DNA of 64,000 nucleotides from Acidobacteriota bacterium (GCA_025456425.1 JALOKP010000026.1:3846-67845), one strand, 5' to 3'; shown: positions 18,307 to 31,943, counted from the first letter of the stretch. A program made the numbers and translations. The notes: generated by a model not told the origin, from the sequence alone.

Positions 18307-18346
18307 GTGCCCCCCCGCCGGAGCGGGACGGCGAGGAGAGCACGGC

Positions 18347-19737
18347 ATGAAGCCGCCGTTCGACATCGCTGCCGACCTCGACACGCCGGTCTCGGCGTTC
18401 CTCAAGCTCGCCCCGTTCGAGCCGCGATTCCTGCTCGAGTCGGTCGAAGGGGGCGAGCGCCTCGGGCGCTACTCGTTCATCGGGTTCGGCGAGGCGCTGG
18501 CGGTCAAGCTGGAAGGCGGACGGCTGGCCGTCGACGGCGTCCAGGGTCGCGCGCCCGCTTCCCGCGAGGAGCTGCTCGGCGCGCTGCGCGATGCGCTGGC
18601 GCGCGCGCCGCGGCCGGGGCCGGCCGGCGGGCTGCCGTTCTCGGGCGGACTGGTCGGGCTCGCGGGTTACGACCTGGTGCGGCGGCTCGAGCGCCTCCCC
18701 GCGGCGCACCCCGCGCCTCCCGCGGGCCCGCGCACGCCGGAGGCGGCCTTCGTCGCCCCGCGCGCCCTCCTGGTCTTCGACCACCTCTCGCGCCGCGTCG
18801 CGCTGTTCTTCGACGGGGAGGAGGGCGAGCGGCGGGCGCTGCGCGCGGCAGTGATCGACGCGCTGCGCGGCCCGACCCCGCCGCGACCCGGCCGCGTCGC
18901 GCCGCACGCCGCGCCGGCGGCGAGCCTCGCGCCCGGTGCATTCCTCGGCGCGGTCGAGCGCGCGCAGCACCACATCCGCCAGGGCGACGTCTTCCAGCTC
19001 GTGCTCTCGTCGCGGTTCGAGGGCGAGACCGCGGTCGAGCCGTTCGAGGTCTACCGCGCGCTGCGCCTGATCAACCCCTCACCCTACATGTACTACCTGC
19101 GGTTCGACGGGCTCGAGGTGGTCGGCTCCTCGCCCGAGGCACTGGTCCGGCTCGAGGGGCGGCGCGCCGCGCTCCGGCCGATCGCCGGGACGCGCCCGCG
19201 CGCCGGCTCGGAGCCCGAGGACCGGGCGCGCGAGGCCGAGCTGCTGGCCGACCCGAAGGAAGGGGCCGAACACGTGATGCTGGTCGACCTGGCGCGCAAC
19301 GACCTGGGGCGCGTGGCCGTTCCTGGCACGATCGCGGTCGAACCGTACCGGTCGGTCGAGCGCTACAGCCACGTGATGCACCTCGTGAGCGGCGTGGGCG
19401 GCGTGCTGGCCGCGGAGCACGACGCGTTCGACCTGTTCGCCGCGACCTTCCCGGCCGGGACGGTGGTCGGTGCGCCGAAGGTCCGCGCGATGGAGCTGAT
19501 CGACGAGCTGGAGCCGGCAGCGCGCGGGCTCTACGCCGGGACCGTCGGATACTTCGGCCACGGGGGCGCGATGGACCAGGCGATCGCGATCCGTACGCTG
19601 GTCTTCGGTGAGGGGCGGTACGCCTACCAGGCCGGCGCCGGGATCGTGGCCGACAGCCGGCCCGAGGCCGAGCTGGCCGAGGTCCAGGCCAAGGCGGCGG
19701 CGCTCGAGGCGGCGCTGACGCTGGCCGAGGAGGGGCT

Positions 19738-19741
<4 letters not shown>
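18347..19741 (+). CDS. trpE: Anthranilate synthase component I
   Basis: MKPPFDIAADLDTPVSAFLKLAP... chorismate-binding family (GTVVGAPKVRAMELIDELE, YAGTVGYF). GGAGAG Shine-Dalgarno 8 nt upstream. Confidence 0.9.
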
Positions 19742-21372
<1,631 letters not shown>

Positions 21373-21380
<8 letters not shown>

Positions 21381-22869
21381 CTTCCTCGAGACGATGGCCG
21401 CCGCGAGCGCGGAGCGCGCCCGCGCGCTGCGCCAGCGCGAGCCGCTCCCCGCGCTGCGGCGCCGCGCGCAGGACACGCCGCCGGCGCCGCCGCTGGTCCT
21501 CTCGCCGGAGGGCTTCGACCTGGTCGCCGAGGTGAAGCGCCGCTCCCCCTCGGCCGGGGCGCTCGCGCCGGCGGCCGCGGACCCGGCGGGGGACGCCGCG
21601 GCGCGCGCCGCCGCGTACGCGCGGGCCGGCGCCGCGGCCGTTTCGGTGCTGACCGAGCCGGCGGCGTTCGGCGGCGCGCTGGAGGACCTGGCGCGCGCGG
21701 CGCGCGCGCTCCCCGGCTGCCCGGTCCTGCGCAAGGACTTCCTGGTCGACGAGGCGCAGCTCTTCGAGGCCCGCGCCGCCGGCGCCGGCGGGGTCCTGCT
21801 GGTGGTTCGCCTGCTCCCGGGCGCGCGGCTCGCCGCGCTGCTCGAGGCCGCGGCGGAGGCCGCGCTGTTCGTGCTGCTCGAGGCCTTCGACGGCGACGAG
21901 CTCGAGCGCGCGGCCGCCGCCGCGCGGCGCCCCGGCGCCCCTCGCGTCCTGCTCGGCGTCAACGCCCGCGACCTGGCGAGCCTGGCGGTCGACCCGGCGC
22001 GCTTCGCGCGGCTCGCGTGCGCGCTGCCCGGCGATCTTCCGGTGATCGCGGAGAGCGGCCTGGCGACGCCCGACGACGCGGCCCGCGCCGCGTCGCTGGG
22101 CTACCGCGGCGCGCTGGTCGGCTCGGCGCTGATGCGCGCGGCCGACCCCGCATCCCGTGCGGCGGCGATGATCCGCGCCGGCCGGGACGCCGCCGCGCTG
22201 CCGCGCCCGGCGAAGCTCTTCGTCAAGATCTGCGGCCTGACCGAGGAGGCTGCCGTCGAGGCCGCGGTGCGGCACGGCGCCGACGCGGTCGGCTTCGTGC
22301 TGGCCCCGTCGCCGCGGCGTGTCGGCCTGGCGCGTGCCCGCGCGCTGGCGGCGCGCGTCCCGCCCGGCGTCGTACGCGTCGCCGTCTTCGCCGACGCCGC
22401 GCCGGACGAGCTGCTCGCCGCCGACGCGGCGCTGGCCCCCGACGCGATCCAGGCCGACGCCGGCGCGCTGGCTGCGGTCGCCGGCCGGCTGCGCGCGCGT
22501 CCGCTGCCGGTCGTGCGCGACGGTGCGGCGCTCGACGCGGCGCTCGACGCGCTGCTCGCCGGGCCGGCCGCGGGCGCGCTCGCGCGCCGCGCGTACGCGC
22601 TGCTCGACGCCGCGCGGAGCGGCGCCGGGCTGGCGGTCGACCGGGCCCGCGCGGCCGCCGCCGCGCGCCGCACGCCGCTCGTGCTGGCGGGCGGACTGGC
22701 CCCCGACACCGTCGAAGCCACGATCCGCGCCGTGCGGCCGGCCGGCGTCGACGTCAGCAGCGGCGTCGAGTCGGCGCCGGGGCTCAAGGACCCGGCCCGC
22801 ATCGCCGCCTTCGTCGCCGCGGCGCGCCGTGCCGGCATCGCCCCGCGCACCCTCGAGGAGAAGCGATGA
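21373..22869 (+). CDS. trpCF: Bifunctional indole-3-glycerol-phosphate synthase / phosphoribosylanthranilate isomerase (TrpC-TrpF fusion)
   Basis: The N-terminal half is IGPS-like (EVKRRSPSAG, LRKDFLVDEAQL, GVNARDL). The C-terminal half is PRAI-like (LFVKICGLT...AGADAVGFV...VLAGGL). GTG start overlapping trpD. Confidence 0.85.
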
Positions 22870-24089
22870 CCCCGACCGAGCTGCTCGACGACCTGGTCGC
22901 CGGCCGCCTGCCCGACGCGCGCGGCCGCTTCGGCCCCTGGGGCGGGCGCTTCGTGCCCGAGACGCTGGTCCCGGCGCTGGAGCGGCTGGAGGCCGGTGCG
23001 CGCGCGGCGCTGGCCGACCCCGCCTTCCGCGCGGCGCTGGACGACGAACTCGCCGGATGGGCCGGCCGCCCGACGCCCCTGACCCACGCCCCGGGCCTCT
23101 CGGCGGCATGGGGGGCGGAGGTCTGGCTCAAGCGCGAGGACCTCGCGCACACCGGCGCGCACAAGGTGAACAACGCGCTCGGGCAGGCGCTGCTGGCCCG
23201 CCGGCTCGGCGCGCGGCAGGTGATCGCCGAGACCGGCGCCGGGCAGCACGGCGTCGCGAGCGCCGCGGCCTCGGCCCGCGTCGGGCTGCCCTGCCGCGTC
23301 TACATGGGGGCGGTCGACGTCGAGCGGCAGGCCCCCAACGTCGAGCGGATGCGCCGGCTGGGGGCCGAGGTCGTGTCCGTCGATTCCGGCGACCGCACGC
23401 TGCGGGCGGCGATCGACGCCGCGCTGCGGGCCTGGGTGCTCGACCCGGAGGGGACCCACTACCTGCTCGGCTCGGCGGTCGGGCCGCACCCCTACCCGTG
23501 GCTGGTGCGCGAGCTGCAGGCGGTGATCGGGCGCGAGGCCCGCGCGCAGATCCTCGTGCGGCGCGGCCGGCTCCCCGACGCGGCGATCGCCTGCGTCGGC
23601 GGCGGCTCCAACGCGATCGGGCTGTTCCACGGGTTCCTCGCCGACGGCGCGGTGGCGCTGATCGGGGTCGAGGCCGGCGGGCGCGGAAGCGGGCCGGGCG
23701 AGCACGGCGCGACGCTCGCGCACGGCCGGGCCGGCGTGCTGCACGGCAGCCACTCGCTGCTGCTGCAGGACGCGCACGGACAGGTCGGCGAGACCCACTC
23801 GATCTCGGCCGGCCTCGACTACCCCGGGGTCGGCCCGGAGCACGCGTTCCTGCGCGACGCCGGCCGCGCCCGCTACGTCACCGCGGACGACGGAGAGGCG
23901 CTGGCCGCGCTCGCGCTCTGCGCCGCGCGCGAGGGGATCCTGCCGGCGCTCGAGACGGCGCACGCGCTGGTCGGGGCGCAGCGCTACGCGGCGGCCCACC
24001 CCGGCGCGCTGATCGTGGTCGGGCTGTCGGGGCGCGGCGACAAGGACCTGCCGGCGCTGGCCGCGCTCGGCGTCGGGGGAGCGCGGTGA
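22866..24089 (+). CDS. trpB: Tryptophan synthase beta subunit
   Basis: FGPWGGRFVPETL, HTGAHKVNNALGQALLA (PLP lysine), GGGSNAIG. ATGA overlap with trpCF. Confidence 0.9.
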   Translation: MTPTELLDDLVAGRLPDARGRFGPWGGRFVPETLVPALERLEAGARAALADPAFRAALDDELAGWAGRPTPLTHAPGLSAAWGAEVWLKREDLAHTGAHKVNNALGQALLARRLGARQVIAETGAGQHGVASAAASARVGLPCRVYMGAVDVERQAPNVERMRRLGAEVVSVDSGDRTLRAAIDAALRAWVLDPEGTHYLLGSAVGPHPYPWLVRELQAVIGREARAQILVRRGRLPDAAIACVGGGSNAIGLFHGFLADGAVALIGVEAGGRGSGPGEHGATLAHGRAGVLHGSHSLLLQDAHGQVGETHSISAGLDYPGVGPEHAFLRDAGRARYVTADDGEALAALALCAAREGILPALETAHALVGAQRYAAAHPGALIVVGLSGRGDKDLPALAALGVGGAR

Positions 24090-24931
24090 GCGGCGCGGTG
24101 AGCGGCGCGCGCGGGCCGGCCCCCGCGCCGCAGGACCGGCTCGAGGCGGCGCTGCGCGCCCCCGCCGCGGCCGGGCGCCCGGCGCTCGTCGCGTTCCTGA
24201 CCGCCGGCTACCCCCTCCGCGCCGGCTTCCGCGAGACGCTCGCGCAGGTCGCCGCGATCGCCGACGCGGTCGAGGTCGGCGTGCCATTCAGCGACCCGAT
24301 GGCCGACGGCCTGACGATCCAGCGCGCCAGCGCGGCGGCGCTGGCGCAGGGGGTGACCTTGGCCTGGATCCTCGAGGAACTGGCGCGCGCCGGACGGCTC
24401 GCCGCGCCGCCGGTCCTGATGGGCTACCTCAACCCGTTCCTCGCCTACGGTCTCGAGCGGCTCGCGGCCGACGCCGCGGCGGCCGGCGTCGCCGGCTTCG
24501 TCGTCCCCGACCTGCCGCTCGACGAGGCGGAACCGTTCGAGCGCGCGCTGGCGCCGCACGGGCTGGCGCTGGTCCAGCTCGTGACCCCGGTGACGCCGCC
24601 CGCGCGGCTGGCCCGGCTCGCCGCCGCCAGCCGCGGCTTTCTCTACGCGGTGACGGTGACGGGCGTGACCGGCGGCGCGGAACCCGATCCGTTGGCGATC
24701 GCGGACTACCTCGACCGCGTGCGCCGCGCCAGCCCGCGGCCGGTGATGGCCGGGTTCGGGGTCCGTACGCCCGGCCAGGTGCGGGCGCTTGCGCCCCACG
24801 CCGATGGCGTGGTGGTGGGGTCGGCGTTGATCGAAGCCCTCGAGCGGGGCGATGATCCGGGGCCGTTCCTGGCCGGGCTGCGCGACGCGGCCGGCCCGCG
24901 AGCGGCCGCGGACGGGGAAGGGAACCGATGA
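24086..24931 (+). CDS. trpA: Tryptophan synthase alpha subunit
   Basis: [31 protein letters not shown] start overlapping the trpB stop (alternative GTG at 24098). Confidence 0.85.
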   Translation: MSGAVSGARGPAPAPQDRLEAALRAPAAAGRPALVAFLTAGYPLRAGFRETLAQVAAIADAVEVGVPFSDPMADGLTIQRASAAALAQGVTLAWILEELARAGRLAAPPVLMGYLNPFLAYGLERLAADAAAAGVAGFVVPDLPLDEAEPFERALAPHGLALVQLVTPVTPPARLARLAAASRGFLYAVTVTGVTGGAEPDPLAIADYLDRVRRASPRPVMAGFGVRTPGQVRALAPHADGVVVGSALIEALERGDDPGPFLAGLRDAAGPRAAADGEGNR

Positions 24932-25974
24932 TCGCGGTGCTGGAACGCGGCTGCCCCCTGAAGGCGAAGGCCGAGATCGTGCGCTTCGTCGAGGCCGAGG
25001 GGTTCCGACTGCTGGTGACCGAGACCGGCGGCGAGAGCCTGATCGGCGTGATCGGGCCGGGGGCCGAGGCCCTCGCGCCGCGGCTGGCCGCGATGGCGGG
25101 CGTGGCCGAGGTCCGGCCGGTCGCCGCCCCCTACCCGCAGGTCTCGCGCGAGCACCATCCCGAGCCGACGCGCGTCAAGGTCGGGCCGGTGACGATCGGC
25201 GGCGACGAGGTGGTCGTGATCGGCGGCCCCTGCGCGGTCGAGAGCGAGGCGCAGCTGCTGGCCACCGCACGTGCGGTCGCGGCCGCGGGCGGGCGGATGC
25301 TGCGCGGCGGCGCGTTCAAGCCGCGCAGCTCGCCCTACACCTTCCAGGGGCTCGAGGAGGAGGGGCTGAAGCTCCTGGCCCTGGCCCGCGCCGAGACCGG
25401 ACTGCCGATCGTGACGGAGGTCGTCGCCCCCGAGGACGTCGAGCTGGTCGCGCGCTACGCCGACGTGCTGCAGGTCGGCTCGCGCAACATGCAGAACTTC
25501 CGGCTGCTCTCGGCGGTCGGCCAGCAGCCGCGCGCGGTGCTGCTCAAGCGCGGGCTGATGGCGACGATCGAGGAGTGGCTGATGGCGGCGGAGTACGTCG
25601 TCGCGGCGGGCAACCCGCGGGTCGTGCTCTGCGAGCGCGGGATCCGCACCTTCGAGCGCGCGACCCGCAACACGCTCGACGTCGCGGCGGTCCCGGTGCT
25701 GCGGCAGCTGACCCACCTGCCGGTAATCGTCGACCCCTCGCACGCCGCCGGCCGGCGCGAGCTGGTCCCGGCGCTGGCCTGTGCCGCGGTCGCGGCCGGG
25801 GCCGACGGGCTGATCGTCGAGACTCACCCCGATCCCGACCGGGCGCTCAGCGACGGGCGGCAGAGCCTGGCGCTGCCCGGTTTCGAGCAACTGGTCCGCA
25901 CCTGCGCCCGCGTCGCGGTGGCGGTCGGCCGCACGCTGCGCGCGCCCGGCGCGGCCGACGCCGCGCCGCGGTGA
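24928..25974 (+). CDS. 3-deoxy-7-phosphoheptulonate (DAHP) synthase, type I-beta, with an N-terminal ferredoxin-like/ACT regulatory extension
   Basis: The core [10 protein letters not shown]...[15 protein letters not shown]...KRG...DPSHAAG matches KDSA/AroG-like DAHP synthases. It is preceded by an ~80-aa regulatory domain. ATGA overlap with trpA. Confidence 0.85.
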   Translation: MIAVLERGCPLKAKAEIVRFVEAEGFRLLVTETGGESLIGVIGPGAEALAPRLAAMAGVAEVRPVAAPYPQVSREHHPEPTRVKVGPVTIGGDEVVVIGGPCAVESEAQLLATARAVAAAGGRMLRGGAFKPRSSPYTFQGLEEEGLKLLALARAETGLPIVTEVVAPEDVELVARYADVLQVGSRNMQNFRLLSAVGQQPRAVLLKRGLMATIEEWLMAAEYVVAAGNPRVVLCERGIRTFERATRNTLDVAAVPVLRQLTHLPVIVDPSHAAGRRELVPALACAAVAAGADGLIVETHPDPDRALSDGRQSLALPGFEQLVRTCARVAVAVGRTLRAPGAADAAPR

Positions 25975-27287
25975 GCGCCGTGCCGCGCGCGCTGCGCCCG
26001 GCCCGGCGGCTGGCCGGGACGCTGGCCGTTCCGGGCGACAAGTCGATCGGCCATCGCGCGCTGCTGTTCGCTTCGTTCGCGGCGGGGCGCAGCGTCGTGC
26101 GCGGCCTGCCGCCCGGGGCCGACGTCGCGACGACGCGCCGCGCGATCGAGGCGCTGGGAGTCGCCGTGCGCGACGAGGGCGGGGCCGTGGTGATCGAGGG
26201 GCGCGGCTGGGACGGTCTGGCCCGCGACCCGGCGGCGCCGGCCCGGGCGCTCGACTGCGGCAACTCGGGGACCACCTCGCGGCTGCTGCTGGGCCTGCTC
26301 GCCGGGCGGCCCGGGTGCTTCGCGCTCTCCGGCGACGCGTCGCTCTCGCGGCGGCCGATGGGGCGCGTGACCCGCCCCCTGGCGGCCTTCGGGGCGCGGA
26401 TCGAGGGCGGCGAGACGCTGCCGCTGACCGTCGCCGGGACGCGGCTGCACGCCGCGCGGGTCGCGACCGGCGTGGCCTCGGCCCAGGTCAAGAGCGCGCT
26501 CGTGCTGGCCGCGCTGCAGGCCGACGGCGAGAGCACGATCGAGGAGCCGGAGCCGACGCGCGACCACACCGAGCGGTTGCTGGCCGCGATGGGGGCCGGG
26601 CTGGCGCCGGCGGCGGGGGCCGGGGGCGGCCCGGCGTGGCGCGTCGCCGGGGGCTGCCCCGTCCTCGCGCCGCTCGAGCTGGCGGTACCGGGCGACCCGT
26701 CCTCGGCGGCGTTCTTCGTCGGGCTCGCCTGCGCCCTGCCGGGCAGCGCGCTCGCCGTGCGGGGCGTCGCGCTCAACCCGCGGCGGACCGGCGCGCTGCG
26801 GATCCTGCAGCGGATGGGGGCACGGCTGCGCTTTCGCGTCGAATCCGAGCGGCCCGAGCCCTCCGGCACGATCGAGGCCGAAGGGGGCGGGCTGGCCGGC
26901 ACGACGATCGCCGGGCCGGAGGTCGTCGACGCGATCGACGAGCTGCCGCTGCTCGCCGTGCTCGCGGCCGTCGCGGAAGGGGAGACGCGGATCGTGGGGG
27001 CGGCCGAGCTGCGCGTGAAGGAGAGCGACCGGATCGCCGCTACCGCCGCCCTGTTGCGGGCCTTCGGCGCGGCCTGCGAGGAGCTGCCCGACGGGCTCGT
27101 CGTCGCCGGTGGCGCGCGGCTGAGGGGGACCGCCTTCGACGCCCGCGGCGACCACCGGATCGCGATGGCGGGGACGGTCGCGGCAGCCCTCGCCGACGGA
27201 CCCTCGACGCTGACCGGCGGCGAGTGGGTCACGATCTCGTATCCTGCGTTCTTCGAGGACCTCGAGCGCCTCGCGGAGCGCGCGTGA
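25971..27287 (+). CDS. aroA: 3-phosphoshikimate 1-carboxyvinyltransferase (EPSP synthase)
   Basis: [46 protein letters not shown] overlap with the DAHP synthase gene. Confidence 0.9.
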   Translation: MSAVPRALRPARRLAGTLAVPGDKSIGHRALLFASFAAGRSVVRGLPPGADVATTRRAIEALGVAVRDEGGAVVIEGRGWDGLARDPAAPARALDCGNSGTTSRLLLGLLAGRPGCFALSGDASLSRRPMGRVTRPLAAFGARIEGGETLPLTVAGTRLHAARVATGVASAQVKSALVLAALQADGESTIEEPEPTRDHTERLLAAMGAGLAPAAGAGGGPAWRVAGGCPVLAPLELAVPGDPSSAAFFVGLACALPGSALAVRGVALNPRRTGALRILQRMGARLRFRVESERPEPSGTIEAEGGGLAGTTIAGPEVVDAIDELPLLAVLAAVAEGETRIVGAAELRVKESDRIAATAALLRAFGAACEELPDGLVVAGGARLRGTAFDARGDHRIAMAGTVAAALADGPSTLTGGEWVTISYPAFFEDLERLAERA

Positions 27288-28135
27288 AGATCGCCCTGTT
27301 CGGCCACCCGGTCGCGCACAGCCGCTCGGCCGACCTGTTCCGCGCGCTCGGCGCCGCCGGCGGTCCCGCGGTCGACTTTCAGCCGGTCGACGTGTCGCCC
27401 GCCGAGTTCGCCGCCGCGGCGCGCCGGGTCGCGTCGGGCGAGCTCTGCGGCGCGAGCGTCACGATCCCGCACAAGCTCGCGGCCGCCGCGCTGGCCGACG
27501 AGCTCGACCCCGCGGCGCGCGCCACCGGCGCGGTCAACGCGCTGGCGCCGATGGCCGGCGGCAGACTGCGCGGCGCCAACACCGACGCCCGTGGCTTCTT
27601 CGACGCGTTGCTCGCCGAGCGCCGGGCGGTCGAGCGCCTGGCCGGAGCGCCGGCGCGGGTCGCGATCCTGGGGGCCGGGGGTGCGGCGCGCGCGGTCGCC
27701 TGGGCCCTGGCGCGGCAGGCCTTCGACGTGCTGGTCGTGGCGCGTGACGCGGCAAGCGTGGCGGCCTGGCCGGCGCAGCTCTCCACGCGCGCGGTCGGCT
27801 GGGACGACCCGGCACTGGCCGCGCGGGTCGCGGCCTGTCCCCTGGTGGTGCAGGCCACGCCGCTCGGGACCTGGCCCGACGTGACCGCCACGCCGCCCCT
27901 GGCCGACGACGCGTTCCGACCCGAGCAGGTCGTCGTCGACCTGGTCTACAACCCCTGGCAGACGCGCTTCCTCGAGCGCGCGCGCGCGGCCGGCGCGCTC
28001 GGCGTCAACGGCTGGCCGATGCTCGTGCGGCAGGCCGCGGCGGCGGCCGAGCTGTGGCTTGGGCCGGGGACGGGGGAGCGCCTCGTGGCGGCTGCGGGCA
28101 CGGTCGAGGACCGCGACCCGGCCGACGCCCCCTGA
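27284..28135 (+). CDS. aroE: Shikimate dehydrogenase
   Basis: ALFGHPVAHSRS, SVTIPHK, NTDARGF, ILGAGGAARAV Rossmann motif. GTGA overlap with aroA. Confidence 0.85.
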   Translation: MKIALFGHPVAHSRSADLFRALGAAGGPAVDFQPVDVSPAEFAAAARRVASGELCGASVTIPHKLAAAALADELDPAARATGAVNALAPMAGGRLRGANTDARGFFDALLAERRAVERLAGAPARVAILGAGGAARAVAWALARQAFDVLVVARDAASVAAWPAQLSTRAVGWDDPALAARVAACPLVVQATPLGTWPDVTATPPLADDAFRPEQVVVDLVYNPWQTRFLERARAAGALGVNGWPMLVRQAAAAAELWLGPGTGERLVAAAGTVEDRDPADAP

Positions 28136-28220
28136 CCGGCCGCCGGGGTCGTCCTCTCCGCGGCGACTGGCAGCGCCGTGCGGTGGACACCAGAATACCC
28201 GCCCTGCGGAGAGAAGCCCG

Positions 28221-30101
28221 ATGAAGCGCAAGACGGCGCCCCGTGCGCCCCGTCCCGGCGCGGTGCCCGCGCTCGCGATCCTGCTCGCGATCCTCGTCGT
28301 GCTCGGGGCCGCGGGCTGCTCCGGCCCGCGCGGCGGGGCGGCGGAGAAGGGCCCGGGCGGCGCCGCGCCGCCGACCGTGCTGCTGGTCACGATCGACACG
28401 CTGCGCGCCGACCGCGTCGGCTGCTACGGCCGCGCCGACGCCGGCACGCCCCGGCTCGACGCGCTGGCCGCGGCGGGAGCGCGCTTCACCGCCGCGCAGA
28501 CCACCGCGCCGATCACCACACCGGCCCACGCCTCGATCCTGACCGGGCGGACGCTGCCCGGGCACGGCGTGGTCGAGAACGGGACCTTTGCGCTGCCGGA
28601 GGAGGTCCCCACCCTGCCCGAGGCTTTCAAGAGCAGGGGCTTCGCGACCGGCGCCTTCGTCTCCAGCCAGGTCCTGGCGCGTGCCCACGGCCTGGCCCGC
28701 GGCTTCGACGTCTACGACGACCGAATGCCGCCTTCCGACGCACGGCAGGGCCCGATCCTGCGCTTCGCCCAGCGGCGCGGCGTCGACACCGTCGACAGCG
28801 CGCTGACCTGGCTGATCGCGCTCGGGCCGAAGCCGGCCTTCCTCTGGGTCCACCTGTTCGAACCTCACGCGCCGTACGACCCGCCGCCCGACCTGGCCGC
28901 GCGCTACAAGGGGAACCTCTACCAGGGCGAGGTGGCCGAGGCCGACCGTGCGCTCGGCCGCCTGCTCGATGGGCTGGCCGCCGAGGGGCGCGACCGCGAC
29001 CTGCTCGTGGTCGTCGCCGCCGACCACGGCGAGGGGCTGGGCGAACACGACGAGGCGACGCACGGGATCTTCCTCTACCAGGGGGTGATGCACGTCCCGC
29101 TGGTCGTCGCCGGGGCCTCCCGCGGGATCCGGCCCGCGGTGATCGACGGCACCGTCAGCCTGGCCGACCTGGCGCCGACGCTGGCGGAACTCGTGGAACT
29201 GCCCCCGCTGGCCGGGGCCGACGGCCTGTCGCTCGCGGCCGCGCTGACCGGGAAGGGCCCGCTCCCGGCGCGGCCGGGGGTCTTCGCCGAGAGCCACACG
29301 CCGCGGATCCAGTACGGCTGGTCGGGGCTGCGCGCTTTCGTCAACGGCCCTGCCAAGCTGATCGAGGCGCCGCGGGCGGAGTTGTTCGACCTGGCCGAAG
29401 ACCCCAAGGAACTGCGCGACCTGGCGGCTGCACGCCCGGCCGAGGTCGACGCCGCGCGGCGCAGCCTCGCGCTGCTGGTCCAGCGCGCGCGCGACGCGGC
29501 CCCCGAGGCCTCGGGCGAGCGCGCGGTGAGCGAGGAGGAGATGGCGCAGTTGCGGGCGCTGGGCTACGCCGCCAGCGCACGGCGCGCCGACGCCGGCGAG
29601 CTGGTCGAACGCGAGGCGGTCGATCCCAAGGACCGCGGCGCGTTCCTCAAGCAGTACGACGCCGCGCTCGTCGCCAGCCAGTCGTCGCGCCCGGAGACGG
29701 CGCTCCCTCTGTTCGAGGCGCTGCGCGCGGTCGAGCCCGACAACCCGGCCTTTCTCGAGAGCTACGGCCGCGCGCTGATCCTGACCGGCCGCACCGACGA
29801 GGCGATCGGCGTCTTCCGGCACGCGGTGCAGGTCGACCCGGGGTTCGCGCTGGGGTGGCACCGGCTCGGCCAGCTGCTCGACTCGAAGCGGGACCGGACC
29901 GGCGCCGAAGCGGCCTATCGCCGGGCGATCGCGACCGACCCGCTGGCGATCGTGTCCTACAAGGCGCTGGCCAGCCTGCTGGTCGAAGCCGGCCGCGACG
30001 CCGACGCGCTGAAGGTCCTGACCGAAGCCCAGGCGCTCGACCCCGGGGACAAGGCGATCGCGAACCTGCTGGCGCAGGTCCGCGTCCGTACCGCGAAGTG
30101 A
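28221..30101 (+). CDS. Sulfatase / alkaline-phosphatase-superfamily lipoprotein with C-terminal TPR repeats
   Basis: Lipoprotein signal (ILLAILVVLGAAGCSG). Sulfatase N-terminal fold (LLVTIDTLRADRVGCYG, ADHGEGLGEH). C-terminal TPR-like repeats. GGAGAG Shine-Dalgarno upstream of ATG at 28221. Confidence 0.8.
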   Translation: MKRKTAPRAPRPGAVPALAILLAILVVLGAAGCSGPRGGAAEKGPGGAAPPTVLLVTIDTLRADRVGCYGRADAGTPRLDALAAAGARFTAAQTTAPITTPAHASILTGRTLPGHGVVENGTFALPEEVPTLPEAFKSRGFATGAFVSSQVLARAHGLARGFDVYDDRMPPSDARQGPILRFAQRRGVDTVDSALTWLIALGPKPAFLWVHLFEPHAPYDPPPDLAARYKGNLYQGEVAEADRALGRLLDGLAAEGRDRDLLVVVAADHGEGLGEHDEATHGIFLYQGVMHVPLVVAGASRGIRPAVIDGTVSLADLAPTLAELVELPPLAGADGLSLAAALTGKGPLPARPGVFAESHTPRIQYGWSGLRAFVNGPAKLIEAPRAELFDLAEDPKELRDLAAARPAEVDAARRSLALLVQRARDAAPEASGERAVSEEEMAQLRALGYAASARRADAGELVEREAVDPKDRGAFLKQYDAALVASQSSRPETALPLFEALRAVEPDNPAFLESYGRALILTGRTDEAIGVFRHAVQVDPGFALGWHRLGQLLDSKRDRTGAEAAYRRAIATDPLAIVSYKALASLLVEAGRDADALKVLTEAQALDPGDKAIANLLAQVRVRTAK

Positions 30102-30108
30102 GCGCCGT

Positions 30109-31917
30109 TCAGCGCGGCTGGATGTCGAAGGCCAGCCGCGCGTAGGCCCCCTGCGGATCGCTCAGCAGGGACAGCCGCTCGACCTCGGCCGCGACGCGCC
30201 GGGCCTCGCCGAGCAGCGCGCCCCCGGACGCCCGGTCCCGCTCGTCGTGCCGGCCGACCGACTCGAGGACCTGCTGCCAGGGGGACTTCTGCTCCTGGTA
30301 GAAGGTCAGGCCGTACTGCTCGCCGAGACCGGCCTTCTTCGCGGTCCACTCGATCGCCGCCGAGAGGCCGCCGAACTCGTCGACCAGCCCGAGCGCCTTG
30401 GCCGATCCGCCCGACCAGACCCGGCCCTGGGCGATCTCGAGGACCTTCTCCCGCGGCAGCTTGCGGCTCTCGGCGACCTTCGTCGTGAACTCGTCGTAGA
30501 TCCGGTCGACGAAGCCCTGGACGATCGCCAGCTCCTCCGGGCTCTTGGGGCGGTAGAGCGTGAACAGGTCGGCGTAGCGCCCGGTCTTCACGACATCGGT
30601 CGTGACCCCGACGCCGTTCATCAGGCGCTGCACGCTGGGGAGCATCCCGAACACCCCGATCGAGCCGGTGATCGTGTTCGGCTCGGCGAAGATCCGGTCG
30701 CCGTAGGTCGAGATCCAGTAGCCGCCGGAGGCCGCGACGGTCCCCATCGAGATCGCCACCGGCTTCTTCTCGCGGGTCAGCCGGACCTCGCGCTGGATCA
30801 CCTCCGAGGCCGAGGCGCTGCCGCCCGGGCTGTTGACCCGCAGCACGACCCCCTTGACGTCCTTGTCGAGCCGGGCCCGCCGCAGCAGGCGCGCCAGCAC
30901 GTCGCCGCCGACCTCGGCCTTGCTGTTGCCGTCGACGATCTCCCCTTCGGCGTAGATCACCGCGATCCGGTTCCGGCCGGCGGCCGGCCGGCGGCGCGAC
31001 TCGCGCCAGAGGATGTACTCGTCGAGGTCGATCCGACGGAAGGTCCGGGCGTCGGCGTCGGCTCCCGTCAGCTTCTTCAGCTCCTGCTGCAGCTCGTCGT
31101 AGTAGGCCAGGCGGTCGACCAGCTTGGCCGCCATGGCCTGGTCGGCCAGGTAGTAGCCGCGCTCGTCCGCCAGCCGCTGCAGCTCGGACTGGGGCAGCCC
31201 GCGTGAGGCCCCGACGTCGGCCAGGAAGACGCCCCACAGGTCGCCCAGCAGCAGCCCGACCTGCTCGCGGTTCTCGTCCGACATCCGGTCCAGCACGAAG
31301 GGCTCGACTGCCGACTTGTACTTGCCGACCCGCGTGACCTGGACATCGACCCCGTACTTCTCGAAGGCCCGGGCGTAGAACATCGGCTCGCTGGCGAAGC
31401 CGTTCAGCTCGACATCGCCGTAGGGGTGGACCACCAGGTGGTCGGCGACCGAGGCCAGGTAGTACGAGGCCTCGTCGTAGCCCATGTCGTAGGCCCAGAC
31501 CGGCTTCTTCGACTCCTTGAAGGCGGAGAGCGCGCGCCGGATGTCGGAGAGCGCGGCCCAGCCCGAGCTGTAGCCGTCGCGCGCCACCCCGCCGGTGACC
31601 AGGATCCCGCGGATCGCGTCGTCCTCGGCCGCCTGGCGGATCGCCTGGGTCACGGCCCAGAGCGAAAGCCGCTGGCCCTCGCGCCCCATCAGCGCGTCCT
31701 GCAGCAGCTGGCCCGGCTCGCGGAAGTCCGGCCGGTCGGCGACCGGCGTCGAGAGATCGACCACCAGCATCGCGTCGCGCGGGGCGCGCGGGGCCCCGCT
31801 CTGGCCGGCCGAGCCGGCGGCCAGGAGTGCCACCAGGAGGACCGCGAAGAACAGCCCGGCCGCGACGAACGCGAGCGCCAGGAGGCTCGCGAAGAACATC
31901 TTCAGGAAGTCTTTCAT
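30109..31917 (-). CDS. sppA: Signal peptide peptidase SppA (protease IV, 67K type)
   Basis: ATG at 31917 (MKDFLKMFFASLLALAFVAAGLFF TM). Two ClpP/crotonase-like halves with catalytic Ser (GGSASASE) and Lys regions. The ORF-track N-terminal extension up to 32109 is low-complexity. Confidence 0.85.
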   Translation of the reverse strand: MKDFLKMFFASLLALAFVAAGLFFAVLLVALLAAGSAGQSGAPRAPRDAMLVVDLSTPVADRPDFREPGQLLQDALMGREGQRLSLWAVTQAIRQAAEDDAIRGILVTGGVARDGYSSGWAALSDIRRALSAFKESKKPVWAYDMGYDEASYYLASVADHLVVHPYGDVELNGFASEPMFYARAFEKYGVDVQVTRVGKYKSAVEPFVLDRMSDENREQVGLLLGDLWGVFLADVGASRGLPQSELQRLADERGYYLADQAMAAKLVDRLAYYDELQQELKKLTGADADARTFRRIDLDEYILWRESRRRPAAGRNRIAVIYAEGEIVDGNSKAEVGGDVLARLLRRARLDKDVKGVVLRVNSPGGSASASEVIQREVRLTREKKPVAISMGTVAASGGYWISTYGDRIFAEPNTITGSIGVFGMLPSVQRLMNGVGVTTDVVKTGRYADLFTLYRPKSPEELAIVQGFVDRIYDEFTTKVAESRKLPREKVLEIAQGRVWSGGSAKALGLVDEFGGLSAAIEWTAKKAGLGEQYGLTFYQEQKSPWQQVLESVGRHDERDRASGGALLGEARRVAAEVERLSLLSDPQGAYARLAFDIQPR

Positions 31918-31943
31918 GGGAGCCTCGGGGTGCCTTTCGCCGC